The notes below the pieces were generated by a model. It did not search any database and was not told the DNA's origin. It saw only the letters and a list, made by a program, of their open reading frames with translations. A program made the translations under genes and the position numbers. Positions 7,184-16,658 of a DNA stretch of 18,295 bases are shown piece by piece. Location of the stretch: the NCBI GenBank assembly GCA_034722055.1, contig JAYENL010000305.1, forward strand, positions 1 through 18,295, written 5' to 3'. Numbering within the stretch: position 1 is the first letter of the stretch; each line of letters opens with the position of its first letter. The DNA comes from Armatimonadota bacterium (GTDB lineage Bacteria > Armatimonadota > Zipacnadia > Zipacnadales > UBA5352).

Positions 7184-8437
7184 TCAGTCGGCGTGGGGGG
7201 TCTCGATCGTCATGTTCCAGAACGGGCGGTCGAGGACGAAGTCCTCGGCCTCGTAGAGGATCGTCTGGAGCGTGAGGGCGCCGACCTTCCAGTGACCAGT
7301 GAAGCGCAGCTCCGCCCCGCCATCGCGGAACCGCAGCGGGGCGGTCTTGAACCAGTACTCGCCGCGCTTGACAGTGACGTCCTCAAAGAGCGGGCCGTCG
7401 GGGCCGGTCACCGTGAAGGGGCCGGTGTCCTCCTCCGCATCGTGAACGTTGAGGGTCAGCAGGTAGTGCCCCGATCGCCCGGCGAGTTCGAGCACCCCGT
7501 CGGCCTCGCCGTCGGCGGTGGTGGCGAAGTCGCGGTAGAGGATGCCCCCGGTCGGGCGCTCGACGATACGCACCCGCTCGGGGTGGCGCCAGCGACAGGA
7601 TGCCCCGCCCGAGTATGGCTGGTAGTCGCCCGCGGGGGCGGCGGTCTGCGAGAAGTTCACCGCCAGGGCAACCGGGAACCCCAGCGTGTAGGCGACGTCG
7701 GCCGTGCTGTGAAGGGACTGGTAGCCGACGGCGCCAGGCCGGATGACGATTTTGCCCCCGAAGATGCCGCCGTACCTGCCCCCGGCGCAGAGCATCAGGA
7801 AATGAAAGCGCGTGCCATCGTGGTAGGGGTTGGTGCTGAAGTTCTCGCCGTAGTTGCTCTCCCCCACCCAGGGCCCGGCCGGGTTGAAGTCGAGCGAACA
7901 CTCGGCGCCGGGCCGCTTGAGGATGAAGTAGCGGGCCCTGCGAACCAGGTACTCGAGCGGCTCGGAATCCTCAATGCTGAAGGTGCCGGCGGTGGTCTCG
8001 AGCGGTCCGCGTGGCGCCCCGGTCCAGGCCTCGTAGTCAACGCCCTCGAGGAACTCGGCCGGCGTGAGCAGGTCGTACTGGAGGTGGCTCCCGCCAGTGT
8101 GGCCGAAGACGCGCATCTCGAAGGTGATGTGGACGGCCTCGGCTGTGACCATGACCTCGCGGCGGAGCGTGTTGCGGCCCTGCCTGGCCAGCACGGTGAT
8201 GATGTTGCCCTCTCGGATCACGCGCCCGCCGGTGGGATCGACCAGGAGCGGCTCGCCCGGCCTCATGCCCCGGAAGGAGACGCAGCGGTCGCCGCTGATG
8301 AGCGTCTCGCCACTGTAGCGGAGCACCAGCTCCGGCGTGACATCAACTGAGAACGGTCCGGCATCGAGCGTCTCCGCGGCGATGGCAGGGGCAGTGACAA
8401 GCATGGTGAGGAGCGCGATGCGACGGGCCGCAGTCAT
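7184..8437 (-). CDS. Secreted hypothetical protein, 417 aa, beta-rich
   Basis: ATG at 8437 overlaps the upstream stop (ATGA, 8437-8434), with SD GGAGG at 8448-8444. Signal peptide MTAARRIALLTMLVTAPAIA. No family recognised. Confidence 0.8.
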   Translation of the reverse strand: MTAARRIALLTMLVTAPAIAAETLDAGPFSVDVTPELVLRYSGETLISGDRCVSFRGMRPGEPLLVDPTGGRVIREGNIITVLARQGRNTLRREVMVTAEAVHITFEMRVFGHTGGSHLQYDLLTPAEFLEGVDYEAWTGAPRGPLETTAGTFSIEDSEPLEYLVRRARYFILKRPGAECSLDFNPAGPWVGESNYGENFSTNPYHDGTRFHFLMLCAGGRYGGIFGGKIVIRPGAVGYQSLHSTADVAYTLGFPVALAVNFSQTAAPAGDYQPYSGGASCRWRHPERVRIVERPTGGILYRDFATTADGEADGVLELAGRSGHYLLTLNVHDAEEDTGPFTVTGPDGPLFEDVTVKRGEYWFKTAPLRFRDGGAELRFTGHWKVGALTLQTILYEAEDFVLDRPFWNMTIETPHAD

Positions 8438-11223
8438 GGTGCACCTCCGCTCTCGTTCAGGCGGACTCTGGCGAGGCCGTACATCTTCATGCTCCCGGCG
8501 GGGATGGTCAATCGTGCATCCGGACCGGCCCGGGCCACGGTGCACGGGACGGGGTCCGTGGTGTCGGGCGAGTAGAAGGTCGCGTCGGCAGCCTCCATCC
8601 CCCGCAGCAGCAGCGTGATGGGCTGGTCCACGAGCGGGAAGCTGATCTGGCGGCGCTTCACGATCTCCTCGGGGCCGAGCGGCCGGTGGTGCGCGACGTT
8701 GAGGAAGTGGATGGCCAGCTCGCTCCCGTCTCGCTTGATCCACGTGGTGTAGACCAGCTTGTCGGGGATCTTGATGGCCGTGATGGTCTCGGCGTCGCCG
8801 AGGATCTCGCGGAGCCAGGCGGCCATGAACGGTGCTGAGTCCGGGTTGCGGCGGAAGATGTCCGTGCCGCCCTCATGCAGGCCCATCTCGAAGTTGCTGA
8901 CCCCGAAGAACGTGGCCACATAGTAGACCGTGCCCGACCCGTAGGTGGTCTCGATGATGCCGGGGTACTCCCGGCCAGCCTTGCGGAAGGTGGCGATGAC
9001 GCGCGACCTGGCCGGGTCAACCAGCTCCACCTCGAGCATTCGCGCGCCATGCTTGTAGAGCATGCGCTCGCGGTCGAAGGTGACGGTGGGGCAGCCGGGC
9101 TTGACCACCTCGAACGGGGCGTGCCGGAAATCAACCAGCCGCAGGTTCATCATCTCGCCCAGCAGGAAGTCCTCCAGCGGTCGCCTGGCCTCATCGAGCA
9201 GTCCCGTCTCCGCGGTGACGATGAGCGTGCCTCCGTCGCGGACATAGGCCTCGATGGCGCGGCGGTTCGCCTCGTCGATCAGGGTCATGCGGGGCAGGAT
9301 GACGAGCTTGTAGCGCTCCAGCAGTTGGGGGGTGACGGCGATCTCGTGGATGTTGTGGTACTGGATGTTGGCCTCGACCATGGCCTCGCCCCAGCCGAGC
9401 GTCTCCATGCCGTGATAGTGTCCAGTCCACAGGGATGCGGACTTGGACTTCTCGGAGAAGACCATGGCGACGTCGGCGAAGGTCTCGAAATCGAGCTTCC
9501 TCGTCTTGTGGGGCCAGGAGATCAGGTCATCGACGGAGCCTGCCACCTTCTTCACGTGCCACTGCGCGTCGTTGCAGGCCTGCGACATGGCCCAGCAGAA
9601 GCGGCCGGCAGAGCCGGTGAGCGGATACCACAGCATCCACGGTGCGGAGTCGAAGGCGTCGATGATCCCGTGATAGAGCCGGCGATCGGCGATACAGTAG
9701 TGGTAGTTCTGGAAGGGCACGCGACTGACGCCCTCCTTGCCGATGGCGTAGCTGCAGAACACCGATGGCCACAGGCCGCCGCCGGGGCTGGCCGAGTAGT
9801 ATGTGGTGGTGTAGTCGCTCAGGAAGGCAGCCGGATTCTCCTTGCGGATCTCGGTAAGGAAATCGCGCTTGAACTGCTGCATCGAGATGGACTGCCACAG
9901 TCGCCAGAGCTGCCACAGTGGGTCGGCGTCGTTGTTGAGGACGGGTGAGTCCGGCTGGCGCGGCAGCTCGAACCCCGTCTGCTCCGTGAAGAGCCGGCGA
10001 CAGTGCTGGCAGCCGCAATGGTGCCTGGTCTGGAAGGAGACCTCGTCGATCTGGTAGGCGTCTATGCCCGCCTCCCGCTGGACCCGACGGGCCCAGGTGA
10101 AGAAGTGGTTGCGGAAATCGGGGTTGTTGATGCAGTAGACTCGCGTGGGCGTGCCGTAGCGGATGTCCCGCTGGGTCCAGCCAAGATGGTTGTCCGCGAG
10201 CAGGAATGGGTAGCCGCCCGAGTAGAAGATCGGCACGTCGAAGTGATCGATGACCTTCATGCCGGCCTCGTGCGCCGCCTGGCAGATGAGCCTCATGTAC
10301 GGGAGAATCCGCGACTCCCACAGCGGCACCCAGGTGTAGCGCATGTGCAGGCCGCTGACCATGATGGCGCTGTAGCCCTGGTCCGCGAGCGGTGCCACGA
10401 TTCGGCGGGCGTCCTCGATGGTCTCGATCTCGCCCATAGTGTCGGCGGCCGAGTAGTTGTTGGGGATCAGGTCCATCTCGTACGCCCACTCGCGGCCCGT
10501 GGCGGGCTCGCGGACCAGCGCGCTGCGGCCGAAGTGCTGCTCGTCGAGCCTGCGGTAGGTGGCTTCGATGGCATCCCGACGGCGGCGGTCAGCCTCGGCC
10601 CCCCGGCGCTCGGGGTCCACGTGAACCGCCACCGTCTCGCACCGCAGGACGGCGTCCGGCGACTCGTTCTTGACATTCAGGTAGTTGAACGAGGCAGGGT
10701 AAACCATGTCGGTGATCTCGATGATGATCCAGGCGGGGTCATCCAGGCCAACAGGCCGGTAATCGGGTGACGCCAGCCAGGCGTCGATCGAGGGCGCCCA
10801 CGCGACGGTCCAGCGAGCTGATCCCCAGGACTCGATGAGCCCCAGTCTCCCCTCCTGCCATGCGGCCGTCGAGCGCTCCCCGCCAGGGCCGAAGGCGATC
10901 TCCTCCGGCCGGTTGAGCAGGCGGGGCCTGTCACCCAGGTGCGGCCCCATGATCTCGCCGTTGACATCAACCGCCAAAGCCCCGTGGTTGTAGCCCGATG
11001 GCGCCTCCGACTCCGCGAAGGCGCGGATCGCCACTACCACGCGCCGCCCGTCGGCGTCCTCGGCCAGCGTGAACCCCACGCGCTGATCGGTCATGGGCGC
11101 GAGGCGGAGATCCTCGGCATGGCCCACCTGCGGCCACGCCTGGGGGTCCTCGGGCGACTGCGGTTGCGCCCAGATCGGTGCGGCCAGCGTCACAAGCAGC
11201 AGCGTCAACTGTGTTGTCCGCAC
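8434..11223 (-). CDS. Secreted putative glycoside hydrolase (GHL/GH42-like barrel with beta-galactosidase trimerisation-like domain), 929 aa
   Basis: GTG at 11223 with SD AGGAGG (11234-11229) and a signal peptide (...LAAPIWA). Motifs: AAHEAGMKVI, YCINNPDFR, YQIDEV followed by CGCQHCRRLF (Cys cluster as in GH42-like enzymes), and C-terminal YKLVILP...AYVRDGGTLIVT. Confidence 0.8.
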   Translation of the reverse strand: MRTTQLTLLLVTLAAPIWAQPQSPEDPQAWPQVGHAEDLRLAPMTDQRVGFTLAEDADGRRVVVAIRAFAESEAPSGYNHGALAVDVNGEIMGPHLGDRPRLLNRPEEIAFGPGGERSTAAWQEGRLGLIESWGSARWTVAWAPSIDAWLASPDYRPVGLDDPAWIIIEITDMVYPASFNYLNVKNESPDAVLRCETVAVHVDPERRGAEADRRRRDAIEATYRRLDEQHFGRSALVREPATGREWAYEMDLIPNNYSAADTMGEIETIEDARRIVAPLADQGYSAIMVSGLHMRYTWVPLWESRILPYMRLICQAAHEAGMKVIDHFDVPIFYSGGYPFLLADNHLGWTQRDIRYGTPTRVYCINNPDFRNHFFTWARRVQREAGIDAYQIDEVSFQTRHHCGCQHCRRLFTEQTGFELPRQPDSPVLNNDADPLWQLWRLWQSISMQQFKRDFLTEIRKENPAAFLSDYTTTYYSASPGGGLWPSVFCSYAIGKEGVSRVPFQNYHYCIADRRLYHGIIDAFDSAPWMLWYPLTGSAGRFCWAMSQACNDAQWHVKKVAGSVDDLISWPHKTRKLDFETFADVAMVFSEKSKSASLWTGHYHGMETLGWGEAMVEANIQYHNIHEIAVTPQLLERYKLVILPRMTLIDEANRRAIEAYVRDGGTLIVTAETGLLDEARRPLEDFLLGEMMNLRLVDFRHAPFEVVKPGCPTVTFDRERMLYKHGARMLEVELVDPARSRVIATFRKAGREYPGIIETTYGSGTVYYVATFFGVSNFEMGLHEGGTDIFRRNPDSAPFMAAWLREILGDAETITAIKIPDKLVYTTWIKRDGSELAIHFLNVAHHRPLGPEEIVKRRQISFPLVDQPITLLLRGMEAADATFYSPDTTDPVPCTVARAGPDARLTIPAGSMKMYGLARVRLNESGGAP

Positions 11224-11254
11224 GGCGCCCTCCTGTCTCGGTCGCGCCATAGCT

Positions 11255-12256
11255 TCATTGGTCCTCGAACCACCTCTCCGGGATCTGCAAGCACCAGACC
11301 TCGCTGTTCAGCGACTCCGCATAGCCGCCGGCGACCCAGATCCTGTCCTGGAAGACGAACGCCGAGTGCTCGTGGCGTGCATCCCAGATCACATCGGACC
11401 GCAGCTCCGTCCAGTTCACGCCGTCCTGGGAGTACCAGACATCGCCGAAGTTGCCGTGCTCCTCGGACCAGCCGCCGATCACCCACATGCGGCCGCGGTA
11501 GACGACGGCGGAGAACCACAGCCGCGGCGCCCATGGCGCGGCGTCGGTGACCTGCGTCCAGCTCGCCCCGTCCTCCGAGCACCAGACGTCATTGCGGGTG
11601 ACCGTCGCCGGAGCGCGGGCCCCGCCGCCCATGTGCCAGAGCTTGCCGTCGAACACCACCGTCTGCCCGTAGGCGCGCTTGGACCAGGGGGCGTTGGCCA
11701 GTTCGAGTCGCCACGTGCGACCATCCGCTGAGGACCAGACATCGTTCTTGAGCGTCGTCTCGTCGCTCTCGTAGAAGTCCTCCGTGCCGCCGAGGATCCA
11801 CATGCGATCCCTGAATACCGCGTAGCCCGGCCCGAGCCTGGGGCTCCAGCCGGCGTCGTCGGTCTCCAGCGCCCACTCCACGCCGTCGGTGGATGACCAC
11901 ACCTGGTTGCTGCACGCGGTGCCCGGCAGGGACCGGCCGCCCATCATCCACATTTTGCCCCCGAAGACCATCGCCGCCGGCAGATCGCTCTGCTCCCATG
12001 GCGCGACCTCCACGGTGCGGGTCCAGTGGATGCCGTCCGGCGACTTCCACACGTCGCGCAGGTTGGGCGTCTGCGGCGTGAACCAGCCGCCGAGGATCCA
12101 CATGTGACCGTCGTACACGAACTCGCCCTGCGAATCGCGCGCCTGCCAGTCCGCCTGTTCGTTGACGCACACCCAGTCCGGCCCTTGCCTCACGTCGCTC
12201 ATGGAACCAGTACCTCCGATCAGCAACACCCCCAGAATCACGAGTGCGGTGCGCAT
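11255..12256 (-). CDS. Exported Kelch-like/Asp-box six-bladed beta-propeller protein, 333 aa
   Basis: ATG at 12256 with SD GGAGG (12269-12265) and a hydrophobic N-terminus. Six (M/L/I)WxxGG repeats, five followed by VWxSxDGxxW. Confidence 0.85.
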   Translation of the reverse strand: MRTALVILGVLLIGGTGSMSDVRQGPDWVCVNEQADWQARDSQGEFVYDGHMWILGGWFTPQTPNLRDVWKSPDGIHWTRTVEVAPWEQSDLPAAMVFGGKMWMMGGRSLPGTACSNQVWSSTDGVEWALETDDAGWSPRLGPGYAVFRDRMWILGGTEDFYESDETTLKNDVWSSADGRTWRLELANAPWSKRAYGQTVVFDGKLWHMGGGARAPATVTRNDVWCSEDGASWTQVTDAAPWAPRLWFSAVVYRGRMWVIGGWSEEHGNFGDVWYSQDGVNWTELRSDVIWDARHEHSAFVFQDRIWVAGGYAESLNSEVWCLQIPERWFEDQ

Positions 12257-12539
12257 GTCCCGACCCTCCGATACGGCGTAGAAGACCCAAAGCGTCGGCG
12301 AACCGTGCAGTCGCCGCTCCGCCGGGGGCATCATCTCGTGGGTTTCCCCGGAACACCGGCCCGTCCCTGCCGCCTTGGGTGGAAGGGCGTGGTCGGGGCC
12401 TGCCCGAGCAGGCCCGGAGGCGGGCCGTGACGAAGGGGGACGCACCGTCTCATCGACCGCGACTGATAGCGCGGGACGGGCGCAGGCACGAGAGGCTTCT
12501 GCGAGACACCAGTCAGTGGCCGGGAAGGAGAGGAAGCAG

Positions 12540-15500
12540 ATGCGACGGGCATGTGGCGCAGCGACACTCGTGCTGCTGGCGATCGCGTTGGTGGCAATGT
12601 GGACGTCGGCGGACAGGGCTGAGGACGCCGCGAACGCCCTCGCCGCCGAGATTCTGGCCGCCACCGAGGTCAGGGGCGGCCTCGTCGTCCACGTCGGCTG
12701 CGGGGACGGGAGGCTGACGGCTGCGCTGCACGCGGACGAGCGCTATCTGGTGCACGGCCTCGACGCCGACCCGGCGAAGGTGCGACGCGCGCGCGACTTC
12801 ATCCAGTCGCGGGGTGTCTACGGGCCGGTGTCGGTGGCACAGTGGAGCGGGGACCGGCTGCCCTACGCTGAGAATCTCGTGGACCTGCTAGTCTCAGAGC
12901 GCCCGCTCCGGCTGCCGAGGGCCGAGCTGATGCGGGTGCTGGCGCCCGGCGGCGTGGCCTACATCAAGCACGGCAATGAATGGAAGAGGACCGTCAAGCC
13001 CTGGCCGGAGGCCATCGACGAGTGGACCCACCACCTGCACGGCCCGGACGGTAATCCGGTGGCTGAGGACCGGGTAGTGGGGCCTCCCAGACACTATCAG
13101 TGGACCGCCGGTCCGCAATGGCTGCGCTCCCACGACACCGACTCCAGCGTTTCCGCCGTGGTCACCGCCAACGGGCGGCTGTTCTACATCATCGACGAGG
13201 CGCCGATCAGCCTGGTCGGCAACGAGTCCCCGCCGGACAAGTGGTCGCTGGTGGCGCGCGACGCCTTCAACGGTGTGCTGCTGTGGAAGGTGCCCATCGC
13301 GCAGTGGGGCTGGCGGGAGTGGAAGGACCGCTGGTACACGGCGCGGACGGACAATCTGCCGGTCAATCTGCCCAGGCGGCTGGTCGCCGTGGGAGACCGC
13401 GTCTACGCCACCCTGGGCTACCACGCGCCGGTCAGTCAGATCGATGCCGCTACCGGCGAGGTCCTGCAGGAGTACGAGGGGACGGAGGACGCCCGGGAGA
13501 TCCTCTGCTGCGACGGGGCGCTGGTGTTGTCGGTCTTCCGAGACGGACGGCTGAAGCTCATGGCGATGGAGGCCGATTCGGGCCGTCTGCTGTGGCAGAC
13601 AGAGCCCACGCTGAAGGGCTCGGAGCAGGAGTACTTCCCCCGCTGGCGGCGTGAGGGCGACGAGGAGGGCCCCAGGGTTGACCCGGCACTGAACCCCGCT
13701 GCCGACGGCGAGGTCGTCTGTTGCATCGACAGCACTGACGTGGTCTGCATGGACTTCGCAACCGGTGAGCAGCGGTGGCGAACGCAGGTGACCGAGAGGG
13801 AGGTGCCGGCGAAGGTCGGCACGCTGATCGTGCACGATCAGGTGGCGCTGCACGCCGACCCGAATCGCCTGCTTGCTCTCTCGGTGCGGACCGGCGAGCA
13901 GATGTGGTCGAGGCCGAAGCAGGCGCTGGGCCATCTGTGGTTCGGGTGGAAGGACGTCTTCGTGGTTCGGGGGCTGGTCTGGACGTGGAGCGCGGAGTGC
14001 GACGAGCGCGAGTTCAGGCCGGGGCCCAACTCCTATCGCCGCAAGTGGCCCGTCTACGTCAACGGCTACGATCCGCAGACGGGGGAGCTGGTCAGGCAGG
14101 TCTCCACCGAGCACATCTACGAGGCCCCCCATCATCACAGGTGCTATCGGAACAAGGCCACGCTGCGATACATCCTCAGCAGCAGGCGGGGCTCGGAGTT
14201 CGTGGACCTGGCCGGCGGCACACACAGCGCGAACAACTGGGTGCGGGGCACCTGCCACCTGGGCATGTTCCCGGCCAACGGTCTGCAGTACGTCCCTCCC
14301 CATCCCTGCGTCTGCTACATCCACGAGAAGATCAACGGCTTCGCCGCCCTGGCGCCGCAGATTCCCGCTGAGTACGCGGACCCGGACGCCGGCACCGCCT
14401 GGGCGCTGAGCCGCGGGCCGGCCTATGACTGGGCCGGGGCCTCGGAGGCAGAGGCTGACCTGGCAGAGGACTGGCCAACCTACCGCGCCGACCTCATGCG
14501 CAGCGGAGCCGCTACGAGCGATGTGGCGGCGGACCTGACGACTCGCTGGGAGGCGCCTGTCGGTGGAAGGCTCTCGCCGCCCACCGTGGTCGGCGACCGC
14601 GTATTCGTGTCGGCGATCGACCGACATCGCGTCCTGGCCTTCGACGCCGAGGACGGCAGTGAGCTGTGGAGCTTCACTGCCGAGGCGCGCGTGGACACGC
14701 CGCCCACCTGGCACCGGGGCACGCTGCTTTTCGGCTCCACCGATGGCTCCGTGTACTGCCTGCGCCAGACCGACGGTGAGCTGGTCTGGCGCTTTCAGGC
14801 CGCACCCCGACGCATGATCGGCGTGGAGGGCCAGCTCGAGTCGCCCTGGCGGGTGCATGGCAGCGTGGTGGTGCAGGACGGGATGGCCTACTTCGCCGCC
14901 GGGCGCTGCTCGCATCTGGATGGCGGGATACGCCTGTATGCGGTTGATGCCAGCACCGGCGAGCTCGTGCACCGCAGGCTTCTGAGCGGGCCGCGCATGG
15001 ACTCCGAGACCATGGCCGATAACGTCACGCCGGAGCAGGGGTCGATCACCGACATCATGCAGGCGGACGGCGAGCGCGTCTACATGCGCCACATGGCCTT
15101 TAACCCCGACCTCAGCGACGCTGAGAGGGACGTTGACAGGATACGCCCCGTGGGCGGCTTCCTCGACGACACCTACTTCCGGCGCGCGCCGTGGCGCTTC
15201 GGCCGCGGCAACTGGGGGCGGATCATCGCCTATGACGAGCGCTTCGCCTACATGGTGAGGATGTTCGAGTCCCTGCACGGCCTGGACCCGGACAACTTCT
15301 TCACGCCCGGAGACAAGGGCTACCGTCTCCTCGCGAACCCCAGAGACGAGTTCTCGCAGGTGGCGGTCCCGAACTCCGAGAGTCTCAACCCGCAGGGCAC
15401 GCCGCTGACTGTGGAGGCCTGGGCGCTGGCGAAGCAGCCGGACGGGGTGGTGCTGGCCAGAGGCGGCTCGGCGCAGGGCTACACGCTGCTGGTCAGGGAT

Positions 15501-16283
15501 GGGAAACCGCGCTTTGCGGTGCGGATCAACGACGAGGTGACAGCGGTCAGCGCCGACGAGCAGCTCACCGGCCGGTGGGTGCACCTGGCGGGCGTGCTTA
15601 CCGAGGAGCACGAGTTGCAGGTGTACATCGATGGGCGGCTCAGCGCCACGGCTCAGGCCCCCAGCCTGCTGGGCTCACCGGGGCAGGACACGCAGGTCGG
15701 CGCCGACCGCGGGACCGGCGTGGGCGAGTATGAGTCGCCCTTCGCCTTCACCGGCCTCATCGATGAGGTCAGTATCTATCACCGGGCACTGAGCGAGGCC
15801 GAGATCAGCCAGCACTGCGCCCGTCCCGGCCAGACCGACACTGGGGACGAGGACCTGGTGCTGCACTTCTCGTTCGATGACGGCACGGCCACCGACGAGT
15901 CCGGCACAGGCAACGACGGTGAGTGCAGGGCGGTGGAGCCGGTGGAGGGCATGTCGGGGCAGGCTCTGAGCTTCGTGGGGGACGTGGACATCGGGTGGTC
16001 GCTCTACATTCCAATCAGAGTGCGAGCGATGGTGCCGGCAGGCCAGCACCTGTTCGTGGCGGGGCCTCCAGACGTGGTGGACCCCGACGATCCGCTCGGC
16101 GCATTTGAGGGCCGCAAGGGCGGCCTGCTGTGGGTGTTCTCTGCCACGTCCGGGGAGAGACTCGCCGAATACGAGCTCGCTTCGCCTCCGGTCTTCAACG
16201 GCATGGCCGCCGCCCATGGCCGGCTCTTCCTCACCACCCTGGACGGGCATCTGATGTGCATGACGCCGGCCGCAGGCGCCTGA
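12540..16283 (+). CDS. Exported class I SAM-methyltransferase-fold + PQQ-like (BamB-type) beta-propeller protein with inserted LamG-like domain, 1247 aa
   Basis: ATG at 12540 after AGGAGAGG and a signal peptide. Motifs: VHVGCGDG...RVLAPGG (MTase fold), repeated ARDAFNGVLLW / AFDAEDGSELW / DWPTYRAD (PQQ propeller), and LTVEAW...WVHLAGV...YIDG...GLIDEVSIYHRALS (LamG). Confidence 0.88.
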   Translation: MRRACGAATLVLLAIALVAMWTSADRAEDAANALAAEILAATEVRGGLVVHVGCGDGRLTAALHADERYLVHGLDADPAKVRRARDFIQSRGVYGPVSVAQWSGDRLPYAENLVDLLVSERPLRLPRAELMRVLAPGGVAYIKHGNEWKRTVKPWPEAIDEWTHHLHGPDGNPVAEDRVVGPPRHYQWTAGPQWLRSHDTDSSVSAVVTANGRLFYIIDEAPISLVGNESPPDKWSLVARDAFNGVLLWKVPIAQWGWREWKDRWYTARTDNLPVNLPRRLVAVGDRVYATLGYHAPVSQIDAATGEVLQEYEGTEDAREILCCDGALVLSVFRDGRLKLMAMEADSGRLLWQTEPTLKGSEQEYFPRWRREGDEEGPRVDPALNPAADGEVVCCIDSTDVVCMDFATGEQRWRTQVTEREVPAKVGTLIVHDQVALHADPNRLLALSVRTGEQMWSRPKQALGHLWFGWKDVFVVRGLVWTWSAECDEREFRPGPNSYRRKWPVYVNGYDPQTGELVRQVSTEHIYEAPHHHRCYRNKATLRYILSSRRGSEFVDLAGGTHSANNWVRGTCHLGMFPANGLQYVPPHPCVCYIHEKINGFAALAPQIPAEYADPDAGTAWALSRGPAYDWAGASEAEADLAEDWPTYRADLMRSGAATSDVAADLTTRWEAPVGGRLSPPTVVGDRVFVSAIDRHRVLAFDAEDGSELWSFTAEARVDTPPTWHRGTLLFGSTDGSVYCLRQTDGELVWRFQAAPRRMIGVEGQLESPWRVHGSVVVQDGMAYFAAGRCSHLDGGIRLYAVDASTGELVHRRLLSGPRMDSETMADNVTPEQGSITDIMQADGERVYMRHMAFNPDLSDAERDVDRIRPVGGFLDDTYFRRAPWRFGRGNWGRIIAYDERFAYMVRMFESLHGLDPDNFFTPGDKGYRLLANPRDEFSQVAVPNSESLNPQGTPLTVEAWALAKQPDGVVLARGGSAQGYTLLVRDGKPRFAVRINDEVTAVSADEQLTGRWVHLAGVLTEEHELQVYIDGRLSATAQAPSLLGSPGQDTQVGADRGTGVGEYESPFAFTGLIDEVSIYHRALSEAEISQHCARPGQTDTGDEDLVLHFSFDDGTATDESGTGNDGECRAVEPVEGMSGQALSFVGDVDIGWSLYIPIRVRAMVPAGQHLFVAGPPDVVDPDDPLGAFEGRKGGLLWVFSATSGERLAEYELASPPVFNGMAAAHGRLFLTTLDGHLMCMTPAAGA

Positions 16284-16379
16284 ACCAGGCTCAGGCCTCA
16301 CACGCCCGCCTGCTCAGCGCCCCTCAAGGCGGTCAGACGCTCTATCCGACGCCCCTCTCGGTGCGTGTGTGTCTGGCGC

Positions 16380-16430
16380 TTGACATCGATGCGCGCTGGG
16401 TAAGATAATATCCCTATCGATCGCGATGTC
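16380..16430 (+). promoter_or_regulatory. sigma70 promoter and probable autoregulatory operator of vapBC
   Basis: TTGACA at 16380-16385, 18 bp spacer, GATAAT at 16404-16409. Inverted repeat GACATCG (16382-16388) / CGATGTC (16424-16430). Confidence 0.65.
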
Positions 16431-16448
16431 GTTCTACAGGTGAGCGCC

Positions 16449-16658
16449 ATGCCATCCGTGACGGTATCGAGCAAGTACCAGGTGGTCATCCCCAAGGACG
16501 TCCGGGAGCGGCTGGGCATCCAACCAGGCCAGGAGTTGCAACTGATCGTGAAGCACGGTGCCATCCACCTCGTGCCGGTGCCGGCGCTGCAGGACCTGCG
16601 GGGCTTTGTGAAGGGCATCGACACCAGTGACATCCGCGAGAAGGAAGATCGCTATTGA
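16449..16658 (+). CDS. vapB: AbrB/MazE/SpoVT-family antitoxin (VapB type), 69 aa
   Basis: TVSSKYQVVIPKDVRERLGIQPGQEL is the AbrB signature. SD-like AGGTGA precedes ATG 16449 (alternative GTG 16440). Overlaps the toxin gene by 4 nt. Confidence 0.9.
   Translation: MPSVTVSSKYQVVIPKDVRERLGIQPGQELQLIVKHGAIHLVPVPALQDLRGFVKGIDTSDIREKEDRY

Noticed and set aside
11255..12200. Periodic repeats in the Kelch gene as a possible DNA repeat array or CRISPR
   Set aside because: The repeats are degenerate protein-level propeller blades, not identical nucleotide repeats with spacers.
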